Assembly: GCA_964016885.1 (NCBI GenBank)
Contig: OZ024741.1
Coordinates: forward strand, 237,770,001-237,834,000
DNA from: Eledone cirrhosa
Taxonomy: Eukaryota
Length of the DNA: 64,000 nt
Direction: 5' to 3'
Under the pieces are notes generated by a model. The model was given only the letters and a program-made list of their open reading frames with translations. It did not search any database and had not been told where the DNA came from. Below are positions 52,400 through 64,000 of the stretch, in pieces; position 1 is the first letter of the stretch, and each line of letters starts with the position of its first letter. A program made the translations under genes and the position numbers.

Positions 52400-54488
52400 C
52401 AAGGTTTCTCCACCCGATGTTAACTCTGTTTTCCAGGACTTCATACTTTTGCTCAACAACTGTCTGATGTTATCGGGACTTCTTTCGGCATCCTTTCTGT
52501 TCGTCCGGTAACAAGTTGTTTATGTGGAGGTGATGGTAGATTTCCTCAGACACAATGCTTGTCAACAGTTTCCACATTATGGACAGACATGTGATAGGTC
52601 TATAGTTGGTAACATCATTACCCTTGATTCGGTCTTTCATTACCAGAACTGTGGTACCTTTTGTCAACTACTCTTGTACCTCACCTGACTTGATAGCAGT
52701 CATTGAACATGGTTGTCAGTTTCGGGTGGAGGGATGTTATATTTTTAATCCAATACCCCTGCACACCATCTGGGCTTGGTGATTTCCAGTTGGTTAGTTT
52801 TTTAGCCTGCCCCTTAAGAGTTTCAACTGTGATACTTAAATCAGTTTGTTGGTGTGCCTGTTCACTAATCTCCTTTTGTACTGTCTCAATCCACATTATT
52901 ATTATTATTATTACAGTTGCATTTATCTTGCTTTATGTTTATACGAGTTATCACCAAGTCACAACCAGTGACCTCAAGAGACAACAAGGTCCGCCATGTT
53001 CAAGAAAGAACACACATACACACACATGCATCTTTAGGTGTTTAGACTTGTGATGTACTTATATTGACAGAATCTTCCTTAGTATATGGGCAGTTCCCAT
53101 TAGTACTATCTTTTGTATTTCTCCTATACGCGGGTTTCCTGGGATTTGCGTTAAGTAATCATTAGGCCCCTTAGAGCGCCTACAACCACTGGTATTGTTT
53201 TAGTTCTCAATTTCCACATTTTTTCCAATTTCTATCTCCAGGTCCTTATACTTGCTCAATTTTTCAAATGTTTTTATAGATACATTCTTGTCTATTGGAA
53301 CGGACATATCAATTAGCAGGCATACCCTCTTTTTAAAGTCCTTCAGTATTATATCAGGTCTATTTGCATCTATTTTTCGGTCTGTTTGGATGCTAAAGTT
53401 CCACAAGATTGAGATGTGATCTTTTTCAAGTATGGGAGGTGGTTGATGCTCCCACCAATTCTTTTGATGGGGCAGGTCAAAATGCTTACACATTATCCAA
53501 TGTATGTATTGTGCAGCTCTGTCATGCCTGTTTAGGTATTCGGTTGGAGCTATAGGACTGCACATTGAAATTATATGATCAATGGTCTCTGGTTGTTTTT
53601 TACATACATGGCATAATGGGTTGCATCCATTTTTTATTGTTGGCTTGGTAATTTTTTGTTGGCAGACACTGATCTTGTGCTGATATAATCAGTCCTTCAG
53701 TCTCCGATTTCAGTCCAGAGGATGCCAACCACTGATGGGTTAAAGTTTTGTCAACATCAGGATTGTTAGCTCTTTCCAATCAGAGGCTTTTCTTGCCATT
53801 TCTTAGCCAGTTTCTGTAGCAGTTCTTTCTTTGCAGTTACTTTTACTTGCTTTGCTTTTTCTGTGTTTTCCATTTCAGCAGTAAATGGGACTTCTGAAAT
53901 TTGTAGTCCATTACTGTATCTTTGTGCATCTTTTGTAATGGAGTATGATCTTTTGATGCTTTCGTGTTTCAAAACGAGTTTGATCATCCAATCATGTGAT
54001 TCCCTTAGATATGTAGATAATCCAATTGTTGCAGTTTTCAACGCAATATCTAACTGGATTAACCCACGTCCTCCTTCTTTCCTAGGGAGATATATTCTAT
54101 GTGTATCTGCCTTAGGGTGATGTATTCTGTGCATGGTTAAGAATTTTCTAATTTTTGTATCGAGCCTACGGATCTCTGTGCTTGACCAGTTGATGAGATT
54201 GTAACTGTAGGTTACTACTGGTATGGCAAGCGTCTTTATGGCATCGATCCTATTCCTTGCATTCAATTCCGTTCTTAAGATTGCTCTTACTCTGCGGTAA
54301 CATTCCTTCCTTATCCTTTCCCTCATTGTCAAGTGCTTGATTCCGTCTCCTTCACAAACACCTTGATATTTGTAAGTTTCCTCTTGATCAAGTTCTCTTA
54401 TCACATTCCCCCGATCAAGATTAATGTCTGAACTTTTCAGCAGCTTTCCTCTGGTGAACGTTGCTTTGGCGCATTTATCTAGTCCAAA

Positions 54489-54491
<3 letters not shown>
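52400..54491 (-). mobile_element. R4/Dong-like RLE LINE: 5'-truncated copy (52913-54491) plus adjacent RT fragment (52400-52893)
   Basis: FGLDKCAK, YKY.G, RIYLPRKEGGRGL, CCHC finger, RHD, PDIILKD...IDMSVP...K.SKY, PSPDGVQGYWIK, NYRPITCL. Flanked by (taa)n on both sides. Confidence 0.9.
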
Positions 54492-54537
<46 letters not shown>

Positions 54538-54544
54538 ATCTTTA

Positions 54545-55082
54545 AGGGTGGTGGATTGGCAGACTCGTTAGAGCACTGGATAACATGCTTTGTGGAATAT
54601 AGTTATGGCCCTTTATGTTCTGAGTTCAAATCTCACCTAGGTTAGCTTTGCCTTTCATCCTTAGGGGGGTCGATAAAATAAAGTACCAGTAATGCGCTGG
54701 GGTCGATTTAATTGACTTTCCCCTTCCCTTCAGATTGTTGGCCTTGTGTCAAAAGTAGAAACAACTATTATTACTTTCATGGCAGTGATTTGGAAAAATC
54801 ATTAGAATGCCTGCATTCATTCTGACTCTACATTCTGAGTTCAAATACTGCTGAGGTCTACATTGACTTTCATTCTTCTGAGGTTGACAAAATGAAGTAC
54901 CAGTCATGTACTGAGGTAGATTTAATCAACTATAGATCATTATTATTAACAACAGCAACAATAATAATAATAATTTCTTTTATCATAATAACAATAATAA
55001 TCCTTTCATTATTTAGAAAATAAAGTACCAGTAATGCACTGGGATAATTGCTGGCCTTGTGCCAATAGTAGAAACAATTATT
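54545..55082 (+). mobile_element. Tandem family-A SINE copies
   Basis: Copies at 54545-54765 and 54778-54930, and a 3' end at 55017-55082. Confidence 0.8.
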
Positions 55083-55329
55083 TAGCTACTTGGGCCTCAT
55101 ACATTGGTACAAAATGTCTTATGTACAAAAGCATTACCAACATATTGGGGTGAATCTATTACTATTACTACTACTACTGACATCACCACCACCACCACTA
55201 CCACCACCACCACCACCACCAACACCACCACCACCACCACCACTACTGGCACCACCACCACCACCACCACCACCACCACCACCACCACCACCACCACTAC
55301 TACTACTACTGCTGATGCTGCTGCTGCTG

Positions 55330-55375
<46 letters not shown>

Positions 55376-55599
55376 CACCACCACCACCACCACCACCTCA
55401 ATAATAATAATAATAATAAAAAAATGTAGAGCACGAAAGCCTCAGATGTTTTCCGGAAATTCCTTGCAAATTAATTCTCTATGAGAAGCAGGCAGTGTCG
55501 GTTGCAGCAACAATAGCAGCTGCAAGATGTTGGCACTGGTGTTGCACATATTTGTCGGCAGTATGCATTGATGGAATGTTGCAGAAATTCTTTAGCAGA

Positions 55600-57060
55600 T
55601 GATAATAATGATGATGACAGTGATGTTGATGATGATGATGGTGATGGTTGGGGGTGCAGGAGGTTGTGGAGGTGGTGGTGGTGGTGATGATGGTGATGTT
55701 GATGATGATGATGGTGATGGTTGGGGTGCAGGAGGTTGTGGTGGTGGTGGTGGTGGTGGCGGTGGTGACGGTGATGACGGTGTTGATGATGATGATGATG
55801 AAGGTGATGACGGTGATGTTGACGATGATGATGATGATGACAGTGATGTTGATGATGATGATGGTGATGGTTGGGGTGCAGGAGGTTGTGGAGGTGGTGG
55901 TGGTGGTGACGGTGGTGACGGTGGTGACGGTGTTGACGGTGTTGATGATGATGATGAAGGTGATGACGGTGATGTTGACGATGATGATAATGATGACAGT
56001 GATGTTGATGATGATGATGGTGATGGTTGGGGTGCAGGAGGTTGTGGAGGTGGTGGTGGTGGTGGTGGCGGTGGTGACGGTGATGACGGTGTTGATGATG
56101 ATGATGAAGGTGATGACGGTGATGTTGACGATGATGATAATGATGACAGTGATGTTGATGATGATGATGGTGATGGTTGGGGTGCAGGAGGTTGTGGAGG
56201 TGGTGGTGGTGGTGGTGGCGGTGGTGACGGTGATGACGGTGTTGATGATGATGATGAAGGTGATGACGGTGATGTTGACGATGATGATAATGATGACAGT
56301 GATGTTGATGATGATGATGGTGATGGTTGGGGTGCAGGAGGTTGTGGAGGTGGTGGTGGTGGTGGTGGTGGTGGTGACGGTGATGACGATGTTGATGATG
56401 ATGATGAAGGTGATGACGGTGATGTTGACGATGATGATAATGATGACAGTGATGTTGATGATGATGATGGTGATGGTTGGGGTGCAGGAGGTTGTGGAGG
56501 TGGTGGTGGTGGTGGTGGTGACGGTGATGACGGTGTTGATGATGATGATGAAGGTGATGACGGTGATGTTGACGATGATGATGATGATGACAGTGATGTT
56601 GATGATGATGATGGTTGGGGTGCAGGAGGTGGTGGTGGTGGTGGTGGTGGTGACGGTGTTGACGGTGTTGATGATGATGATGAAGGTGATGACGGTGATG
56701 TTGACGATGATGATGATGATGACAGTGATGTTGATGATGATGATGGTGATGGTTGGGGTGCAGGAGGTTGTGGAGGTGGTGGTGGTGGTGACGGTGATGA
56801 CGGTGTTGATGATGATGATGAAGGTGATGACGGTGATGTTGACGATGATGATAATGATGACAGTGATGTTGATGATGATGATGGTGATGGTTGGAGTGCA
56901 GGAGGTTGTGGAGGTGGTGGTGGTGGTGACGGTGATGACGGTGTTGATGATGATGATGAAGGTGATGACGGTGATGTTGACGATGATGATAATGATGACA
57001 GTGATGTTGATGATGATGATGGTGATGGTTGGGTTGGGGGTGGTTGTGGAGGTGATGGTG
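55600..57060. repeat. Higher-order minisatellite (~138-156 bp units, ~10 copies) built from (GGT)n/(GAT)n blocks
   Basis: Anchor ggttggggtgcaggagg recurs at about 55646, 55719, 55869, 56025, 56175, 56325, 56475, 56613, 56751 and 56889. Confidence 0.92.
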
Positions 57061-57130
57061 GGGGGGATGTTGGAGATGTTGATGATGAAGATGATGATAT
57101 TGATGTTGATGATGATTGTGATGCTGATGG

Positions 57131-57162
<32 letters not shown>

Positions 57163-57363
57163 GTGGTGCTGATGGTGATGATGATACTAGTCATTGTAGA
57201 GATTGCTGTTGTTGTTGTTGTTGTCATTGTTGTCACTATTGTGTGTTACTATTGTCACTGTTATTGCTACTGTTGTTGTTATTGCTGTTGTTGTTGTTGT
57301 TGTCATTGTTGTTACTGCTGTTGTCATAGTTGTTATTGTTGGTTTTCTTGTTGGTGTTACTGC

Positions 57364-57394
<31 letters not shown>

Positions 57395-57399
57395 ACAGC

Positions 57400-57590
57400 T
57401 GGTGAATTGGCAGTATCGGTAGAGGGTCGGATGTCATGCTTTGACGCATAGAGTTACGGCCCTTGCCATTCTGAGTTCAAATCCCGCCGAGGTTTACTTT
57501 ACCTTTCATCCTTACGGCGGTCGATAGAATAAAGTACCAGTAATGCACTGGGGTAATTGCTGGTCTTGTGCCAAAAAGTAGAAACAGCTA
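57400..57590 (+). mobile_element. Family-A SINE inserted in a (GTT/ATT)n tract
   Basis: Full-length young copy. Confidence 0.9.
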
Positions 57591-57796
57591 TTACAGCTGT
57601 AATCATTATTGCAGTTGTTGTTGTTGCTGTTGTTGTTGTAGTTGCTACTGTTGTTGTTGTCATTGATATTGATGCTGTAGATGTTATTGCTGCTGTTGTT
57701 GTTATTGTCATTATTGTGTGTTATTGCTGTTGCTGTTGTTACTGTAGCTGTCAGTGCAGTTATTGTTGTTGTCATTATTGTTACTGCTGCTGTTGC

Positions 57797-57870
<74 letters not shown>

Positions 57871-58179
57871 TTGTTGTTGCTGTTGTTGTTGTCGTATTTA
57901 TCCACTCCCATTTCAGTGTGGTTATTTTCTTCAAGTTAGGACCAGCGACATGCCATGCATGCCAGAAAGAAGGACTAACATTTGGAAGGGTGGTGGTGTT
58001 GGTGAAGCGGTGGTATTGGTGGTTGTAGTGGTGGTGGTGGTAGTGTTGTGGATGGGGTCGATTGGAAATATGAATGAGTACACATTCACACACACACACT
58101 CACATGCACATATGCATATATGTATGTACATACAGAAATATATATAAAAATATATATAAGGAACAAGTACTCAATACAT

Positions 58180-59010
58180 AAATTTAGGGGGGGAGAAAAT
58201 TGATAAAATCGACTCCAGTACTTGACTGGTACTATATTTTATTGCACACTATAAGGCAAAGATGACCTCTGTAAAATTTGAACTCAGTATGTAAAGAGCC
58301 ATAACTAAATGTCACAAAGCATCTCCCTGATGCTCTAATGATCCTGCCAATCACCTGCCCTGTTTTATAAATATTAATAATGGTTTCTTATTTTGCCAGC
58401 AATTTTGAGGGGAAGAGAAAGTCGATTGTATCAACCTCAGTATTTGACTGGTACTTTATTTTATCACTCTCAGAAAGATGAAAGGCAAAGTTGACTCTAG
58501 CAGGATTTGAACTCAGACTGTAAAGAAGCAGAATCAATAGTTCTAAGCATGTGCCAGACCATCTAATGACTCTGCCAATCCACCATCTTTTGAAATATTA
58601 ATGATTGTTTCTGACTTAGACACAAAGTCAACAATTTTGAGGGAGAGGAAAGTCGATTAAATCAATTCCTGTGTGTTACTGGTACTAAAAGTTAACCTTG
58701 ATGGGATTTGAACTCAGAATGCAAAGGGACAGAACTCTATGCTGCAAAGCAGGCTGTCCAATGCTTTACCAGTGCTGTTAATCTATTGCTCTTTTTGAAT
58801 TATTAATAATGATAATTGTTTTTAGTATAGATAAAATTCCAGACATTTATGTAAAGTTGAGTACTTCACTGGCACTTTATTTAATTGACTCTGGAAGGAT
58901 AAATGGTACAGTTGGCCTTGAAAGGATTTGAACTCAGAATGTAAAGCCCCATAACTAAATGCCCAGATACATTTCGTTCGATGCTTTTGCAATTCTGCCA
59001 ATTCACTGGA
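58180..59010 (-). mobile_element. Head-to-tail array of four old family-A SINEs
   Basis: tttgaactcag recurs at about 58277, 58506, 58707 and 58927, each with ctggtact-like and ctgccaat-like boxes. Confidence 0.75.
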
Positions 59011-59029
59011 CACATAGCAATAACAAATA

Positions 59030-59890
59030 TGGTTGTTACTCTGAGTTTCATGTTACCATTTTTTCGCTATGAAATATGTGGAATATGCATTTGTCATTGA
59101 GTTTGTGCAGCAAATTAAGAAGACACTACAAGATAATTTCAAAGTTTTAGAATCCATGAAATATTTTGGTATGTCTGAATTCCTGAAATACATCAAACCA
59201 GGAATTTTAGATGTTGCAAAATAATTTTATGATAATGATGAGACCACAACTAAAATAGACTTTCAATGGAAGCAGCTACAGAGTGTACCCTGGGTGGAAG
59301 TTTCAAATACAATGGAAGTTTCTTTGAATAGAGATCCTGCTGAAGAAAATCCATTCAAAGCATTTTCCTGATTTAGCAATATAACAACTTTTTTCTTTTT
59401 TGCAATGTTCAAATGCTGATGTAGAAATACTTTTTAGTGTCATGAATATTATTCATTCAAAATAGTATAATCATATGTTTAAAGAAATATGTTGAGAGAA
59501 ATTTTATCTGTAAAATATGGTCTGAAGAGTAAAGATAAATGCTCTCTGTTACCATTGCTGAAGGATATCTTGTGAAAAATACAAATAATAGATTCCTATA
59601 ACCTGAATCCAGATGGAAAAGCTGACAACAGGTTCCCTGTTTTGGGAGAGAGCTTTGATTTAGAATTTTTCAATTTTGATTAAAAATGTAAGTCAATCAA
59701 TTTTATGTTTTTTAAAATGTTTTAGCAGTAATGTTTGCTGCCTAACAAATACTCACCCAATATTTTAAAATTATTTTAATCTTAGTACGTTTTTTGTAGT
59801 ACTTTTTAATAAAACATTTTTTAATAAAACATTTTTAGCATGTCATTGACTCTAACTTAATGTGTTTTCACAGTAAAATTGGAAACACTT
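59030..59890 (+). mobile_element. Relic hAT transposon 3' end
   Basis: SNADVEILFSVMNIIHSK resembles the hAT C-terminal S.A..ER.FS motif; end ...ttggaaacact is TIR-like. Confidence 0.5.
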
Positions 59891-60292
59891 AGGTGACACC
59901 CTTGGTGATATCTGTAGGTAATATCCATAAGTGACATCCTAGGTGACTTATCTAGATCAATAGAAGTACCAGCATAATTGTGAGCTGTACTTTCAAACTA
60001 TACATACATACAAATAACTAAAGAATGTGGATGAACCAATGGACCACATGCTGAGAGTAGCCACAGGTCAGTCAAAAAACTAGAAAATGTTTAAAGACTA
60101 AATTAACCAATCAGAAAATTAATACATTGCTAGAACTTAACAAACAGAAGATCCATATGCCAAACCACTTCACTACTGGATGGATGTGCATGGGCACCGG
60201 CATATCACAATGATTGAATAACTGCACCAATGATTGCGTAAGTATCTAACGAAGACACATGAATAACCATGTAACAGAAATATATTATATCA

Positions 60293-60483
60293 GGGTGGTG
60301 GATTGGCAGTATTGGTACAGAGTCGGACACCATGCTTTGAAGCATAGAGTTACGTCCCTTTATGATCTGAGTTCAAATCCCACCGAGGTTAACTTTGCCT
60401 TTCATCCTTACGGGGTCGATAAAATAAAGTACCAGTAATGCACTGGGTAATTGCTGGCCTTGTGCCAAAAGTAGAAACAATTA
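60293..60483 (+). mobile_element. Family-A SINE, full length
   Basis: Same consensus as 36960-37146. Confidence 0.9.
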
Positions 60484-61566
60484 TTTGATATATTATATAT
60501 ATATAGGTTGAATGATGAAAACGAAGAAGGTGAGGTTTAGTGCTGAATTAGTTCATTGTTTTACAGTTGTTCCAAAAGGTTGAATGAACCACGATAATAT
60601 CGATATACTGATTAATTGATAGCAGTTATGTAACTCCTTATTATCAGTCTCAATACAATAGATCCATCTCACCATTCTCATCAGAAACAATGAACCAGAA
60701 TTTTTATTTGGAACATATATATACTAGTACAGTCCATGCTACTATATATAGTTCAAGAATAAACAAGATGAACATAGATGCAAAAAACATAAAGTCTTAT
60801 TAGTTTCATGCTTGGGTAGAAGTAAACGAGGGTTTCAATGTATTGGACATAACTCCTAATTGTTTGTTTGTATGTTCATTTCTCCCAACTCTTTCTCATT
60901 TTTTATGTAACAATCTTTTGTTCCCCTCATTGCTGCACCATTTGCTTTCATTTATTATTTGCTTTCTCTATCTATCACTATTTCTTTCTCTTTCATAACT
61001 TCTCCTCTCTCTCACTCTTATGACTTTTCCCTCATAGATACTGATGTTGTGCTGTTGTCACAATGAATACACTCTCTTTCTATTGCTAAGTATTTCTCTT
61101 TTTCTTTTCTTTTTTATCTCCCTCTCACTCTCTTGTCTCATTACTTTGGAACATTTTCTTTATAGTATATCAAAAGTTATTTCATAAAATAAAAAACAGG
61201 GACAATTTGTATATGTATATATATATATGTATGTAAATATGTATGTTTGTGCAGAGGGGATACACATGCAATATCACACATTCTTGTTTGTACACACACA
61301 CTCAATGCTCACATACACACAATGCACACACATACGCAGTAAACGTATATACAATTCCTATTATTAAACAATATATGTGTCAATACAATTTATATAATGA
61401 ATTAGTCCATGAAGATATAAAAAGTTCTAAAAAAAGGAGAAAAAAAGGGGGCGGAGAAGACCCCTACACACATTCCTGCACCACAACAAAGGGCACTGAA
61501 ACCTCCCTCTAATTCATATATTGTTCTTAAATTGCTGTCAATTTATTGTCAATCATCGTTTCATAT

Positions 61567-61663
61567 ACAGTGGAACTTCAGTTCACAAACTTAATTCATC
61601 CCTGAAGGCCATTCCTCACTCAAAATGTTCATAAAGTGAAGCTATTTTTCCCTTATGAAATGT
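61567..61663 (+). mobile_element. Tigger/pogo-like TIR fragment
   Basis: TA|CAGTGGAAC start typical of pogo/Tigger termini; no partner TIR found. Confidence 0.4.
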
Positions 61664-61714
61664 TGAAAGAGAAATACAGTGAGAGAGAGACTGTGTGTGA
61701 AAGGCAGATAGATA

Positions 61715-62052
61715 TCATCATCATCATCATTTTACGTCCGCTTTTCCCTGCTTGCAAGGGTGGGACGGGAACTGATTCTGGCTTGATTTCTACAGCTGGA
61801 TGCCCTTCCTAACACCAACCTCATTTACAGTGAGTGCTGGGTGCTTTTTTGCCGTGGCACCTCCACGACCACTTTGCAGTGGAATGATAGAGACGCCAGT
61901 CCCTATCATCTCATTTCTACAGCTGAGTAAACTGGAGCAATGTGAAATAAAGTGTCTTGCTCAAGGAAACAACACATCACCCGGTCTGAGAATTGAACTC
62001 ACAACCTTTCGATTGCAAGGCCAATGCTCTAACCACTAAGCCATGTGCCTCC
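61715..62052 (-). mobile_element. CORE-like SINE head joined to a family-B RTE-tailed segment
   Basis: tRNA head with A/B boxes at 61980-62052, ttgagcaagacacttt, partial V-like ggactggcgtc, then aggaagggcatccagc and an RTE tail with (tga)n. Confidence 0.75.
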
Positions 62053-62499
62053 ATATATCACCATGGTAACTAACTACACAGCAAAGTAACACAGGTTTGG
62101 CACTTGCTGGATTATGTAATAATTCACAAACATGAAACCTGTGATATCTGTAATGTGAAGTCCTTTCATGGCTCAGGGTGTTGGATGGACCATAGTTTAG
62201 TGTGAAGAAAGTCCCAGATGGTAATTAGGGTGAGGAAAGGAGCACTAATTAAGCTTCTTTGGCACATGAATGTTTTCAAGATATAAGATCCTGCTTCACA
62301 GCAGGATATTCAAAATAGTTTATCCAGTATTGAAGATATGACAACATGGGAAGAGTTTTGAGACTAGGCTTTCCAATGTGCTGATAAACACTATAGTATG
62401 CTATATCCACACACAGGGATTGGTTTGATGGAAATGATGCCAATATCATGAGATTCCTGTCTGTAAAGAGCAATACCTATATAGAGGTCTATCAGCTGA

Positions 62500-63870
62500 G
62501 CAGCAGAATCTAGCACATACTCATTACAAAATATAAAAACTCAACTGTAGTGATCATCCAGGCAGAAGCTGAACACCTGGTGGGAAAGTCTTGCTTGTGA
62601 CATTCAAGCTGCCACTGATACTAATAACAATAAGAAACTCTATCATCATATGAGGCAAGCATATGGACCTGAATGTTTATCATCGGCTTCTTTACTTTCC
62701 AAGGATGGCTCTGCACTATTCATTAAATCAACAGATTACTGGTCACTGGATTGAACACTTTTCTGACCTGTAAAAGGAGGAGTCTGTTGTGGGGTACACA
62801 GTAATGGACTCCATTGAACAAAAACCTGTCACTAATTCTTTCGATATTACATTCTTGATAAGATGAGATAGCAATGACAATAAGTAAACTGAATCGCAGT
62901 AAGGATCCTGGAAATGATGAAATCCATAGTGAGGAGTTTATTAATGTAGTCTAGAGAGATAATTAGAAAAATGCAAGTCTGTTTTTCTTTCTAAAAGAAA
63001 AGGTATTAGAATAAAGTGTGGCAACCACATAGGCATTGCTCTACTGTCAGCTTTTGGCAAGGTTTTGGAAAATATCCTTTTTACCCACCTGAATAATTCC
63101 ATTGTAGTTGATGCCCTTCCAGAATTTCAGTGTGGTTTCCATTGTGGTAGTGAAACAATGGATATGATTTTCATAGCAAGACAGATGCAGGAGAAACGCT
63201 ATGAGCAGAAAATGGATCTTATCCAACTTTTTATTGGTCTAACAAAAGCTTTTAATACTGAAGAAAAGGCATTTTGCAGCAAATTTGAAAGTATTTTGAT
63301 CACTTGTTCATGATCTCCTTTATGCACATAATTGTGACTTAGTCATAATGCTTCATAATGACTAAGACATGCATTTTACATGGATTGTATTTCTGTGTAC
63401 TGAGTTCTCTTCTTTACTCATGTCAAACATGGATTCTCTACAAGCATCCTGTAAAGGTTCTTGAATGCTTTCATCAGAGATGGTTGAGACTCTCTAAATG
63501 TCAACTGGTCCTCATGGACTCCAGACAGAGATTTTGAATGGCGCTGACAATAGTACACAAGCACTATTAATATTAGACTGGACACTTTGCATGAACAAAT
63601 GATCAGATGACCCTTAAAGCAGATGCGGAAAGTGTCCACAACATAAACTAAGATTGTGGTTTAAGGATAGTGAAAGATCCTCATTGAAAACATTTAAAAT
63701 GTATGAGATCAACTGGGAAAGAAATGCTTTTCCTCATCACCAATAGAGAAAATGGGTAAATGATAGTGCAGATGTTTTTGAAAAAGTATGAGTCCCCCAT
63801 GCAGAATTTAAGTGAGCCTCATGAATATACACAATTTGTGAAGTAGACAGAGTAAACTTGGTTTGTGGTA
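62500..63870 (+). mobile_element. Highly degenerate BovB-like RTE LINE
   Basis: GIALLSAFGKV, LPEFQCGFHCGSETMDMIFIARQMQEK, FIGLTKAF. Confidence 0.75.
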
Positions 63871-63884
63871 TTTTTAGTCATATA

Positions 63885-64000
63885 CTAGCAGAATGGCCCG
63901 GCATTGCTTGGGATTTGCTCTAGGGTTCTTATATATTTGATATATATTTATCCTTATCGAGCTTTGTGAAATAAATACGTTTGTTTATATTTTGTTATTG
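63885..64000 (-). mobile_element. Helitron-like 3' terminus
   Basis: Minus strand cccaagcaatgccggg imperfect hairpin, followed 8 nt later by CTAG|T. Confidence 0.5.

Noticed and set aside
55479-57405. 585-aa Thr/Ile-rich and Met/Val-rich ORFs
   Set aside because: Alternative frames of the (GAT/GGT) minisatellite, with no coding hallmarks.

Overview
AT-rich eukaryotic genomic DNA, dense in microsatellites and retroelements. It is most consistent with a coleoid cephalopod (octopus-like), inferred from the protocadherin style, the SINE/RTE repertoire and the microsatellite load. Only one convincing host gene is present: a minus-strand six-repeat protocadherin whose ectodomain, TM helix and long cytoplasmic tail sit in one ~3 kb exon (21998-24979), preceded by a splice acceptor. 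The rest is microsatellites, minisatellites and mostly decayed mobile elements. These include RTE LINEs (one family with a C4HC3 PHD finger right after the RT core), BovB-like RTEs, R4/Dong-like and CRE-like RLE elements, a Tx1/L1 fragment, a rearranged Penelope-like element, several tRNA-derived SINE families, a hAT-type DNA transposon nested in a LINE, and Helitron/Tigger ends. The most notable non-coding signals are a minimal hammerhead ribozyme beside the Penelope element, a pre-miRNA-like hairpin upstream of the protocadherin exon, and two spacer-less palindromes centred on TA repeats. Most ORFs in the supplied track are microsatellite artefacts. Repeat boundaries are approximate and family names come from motif recognition, not database searches.
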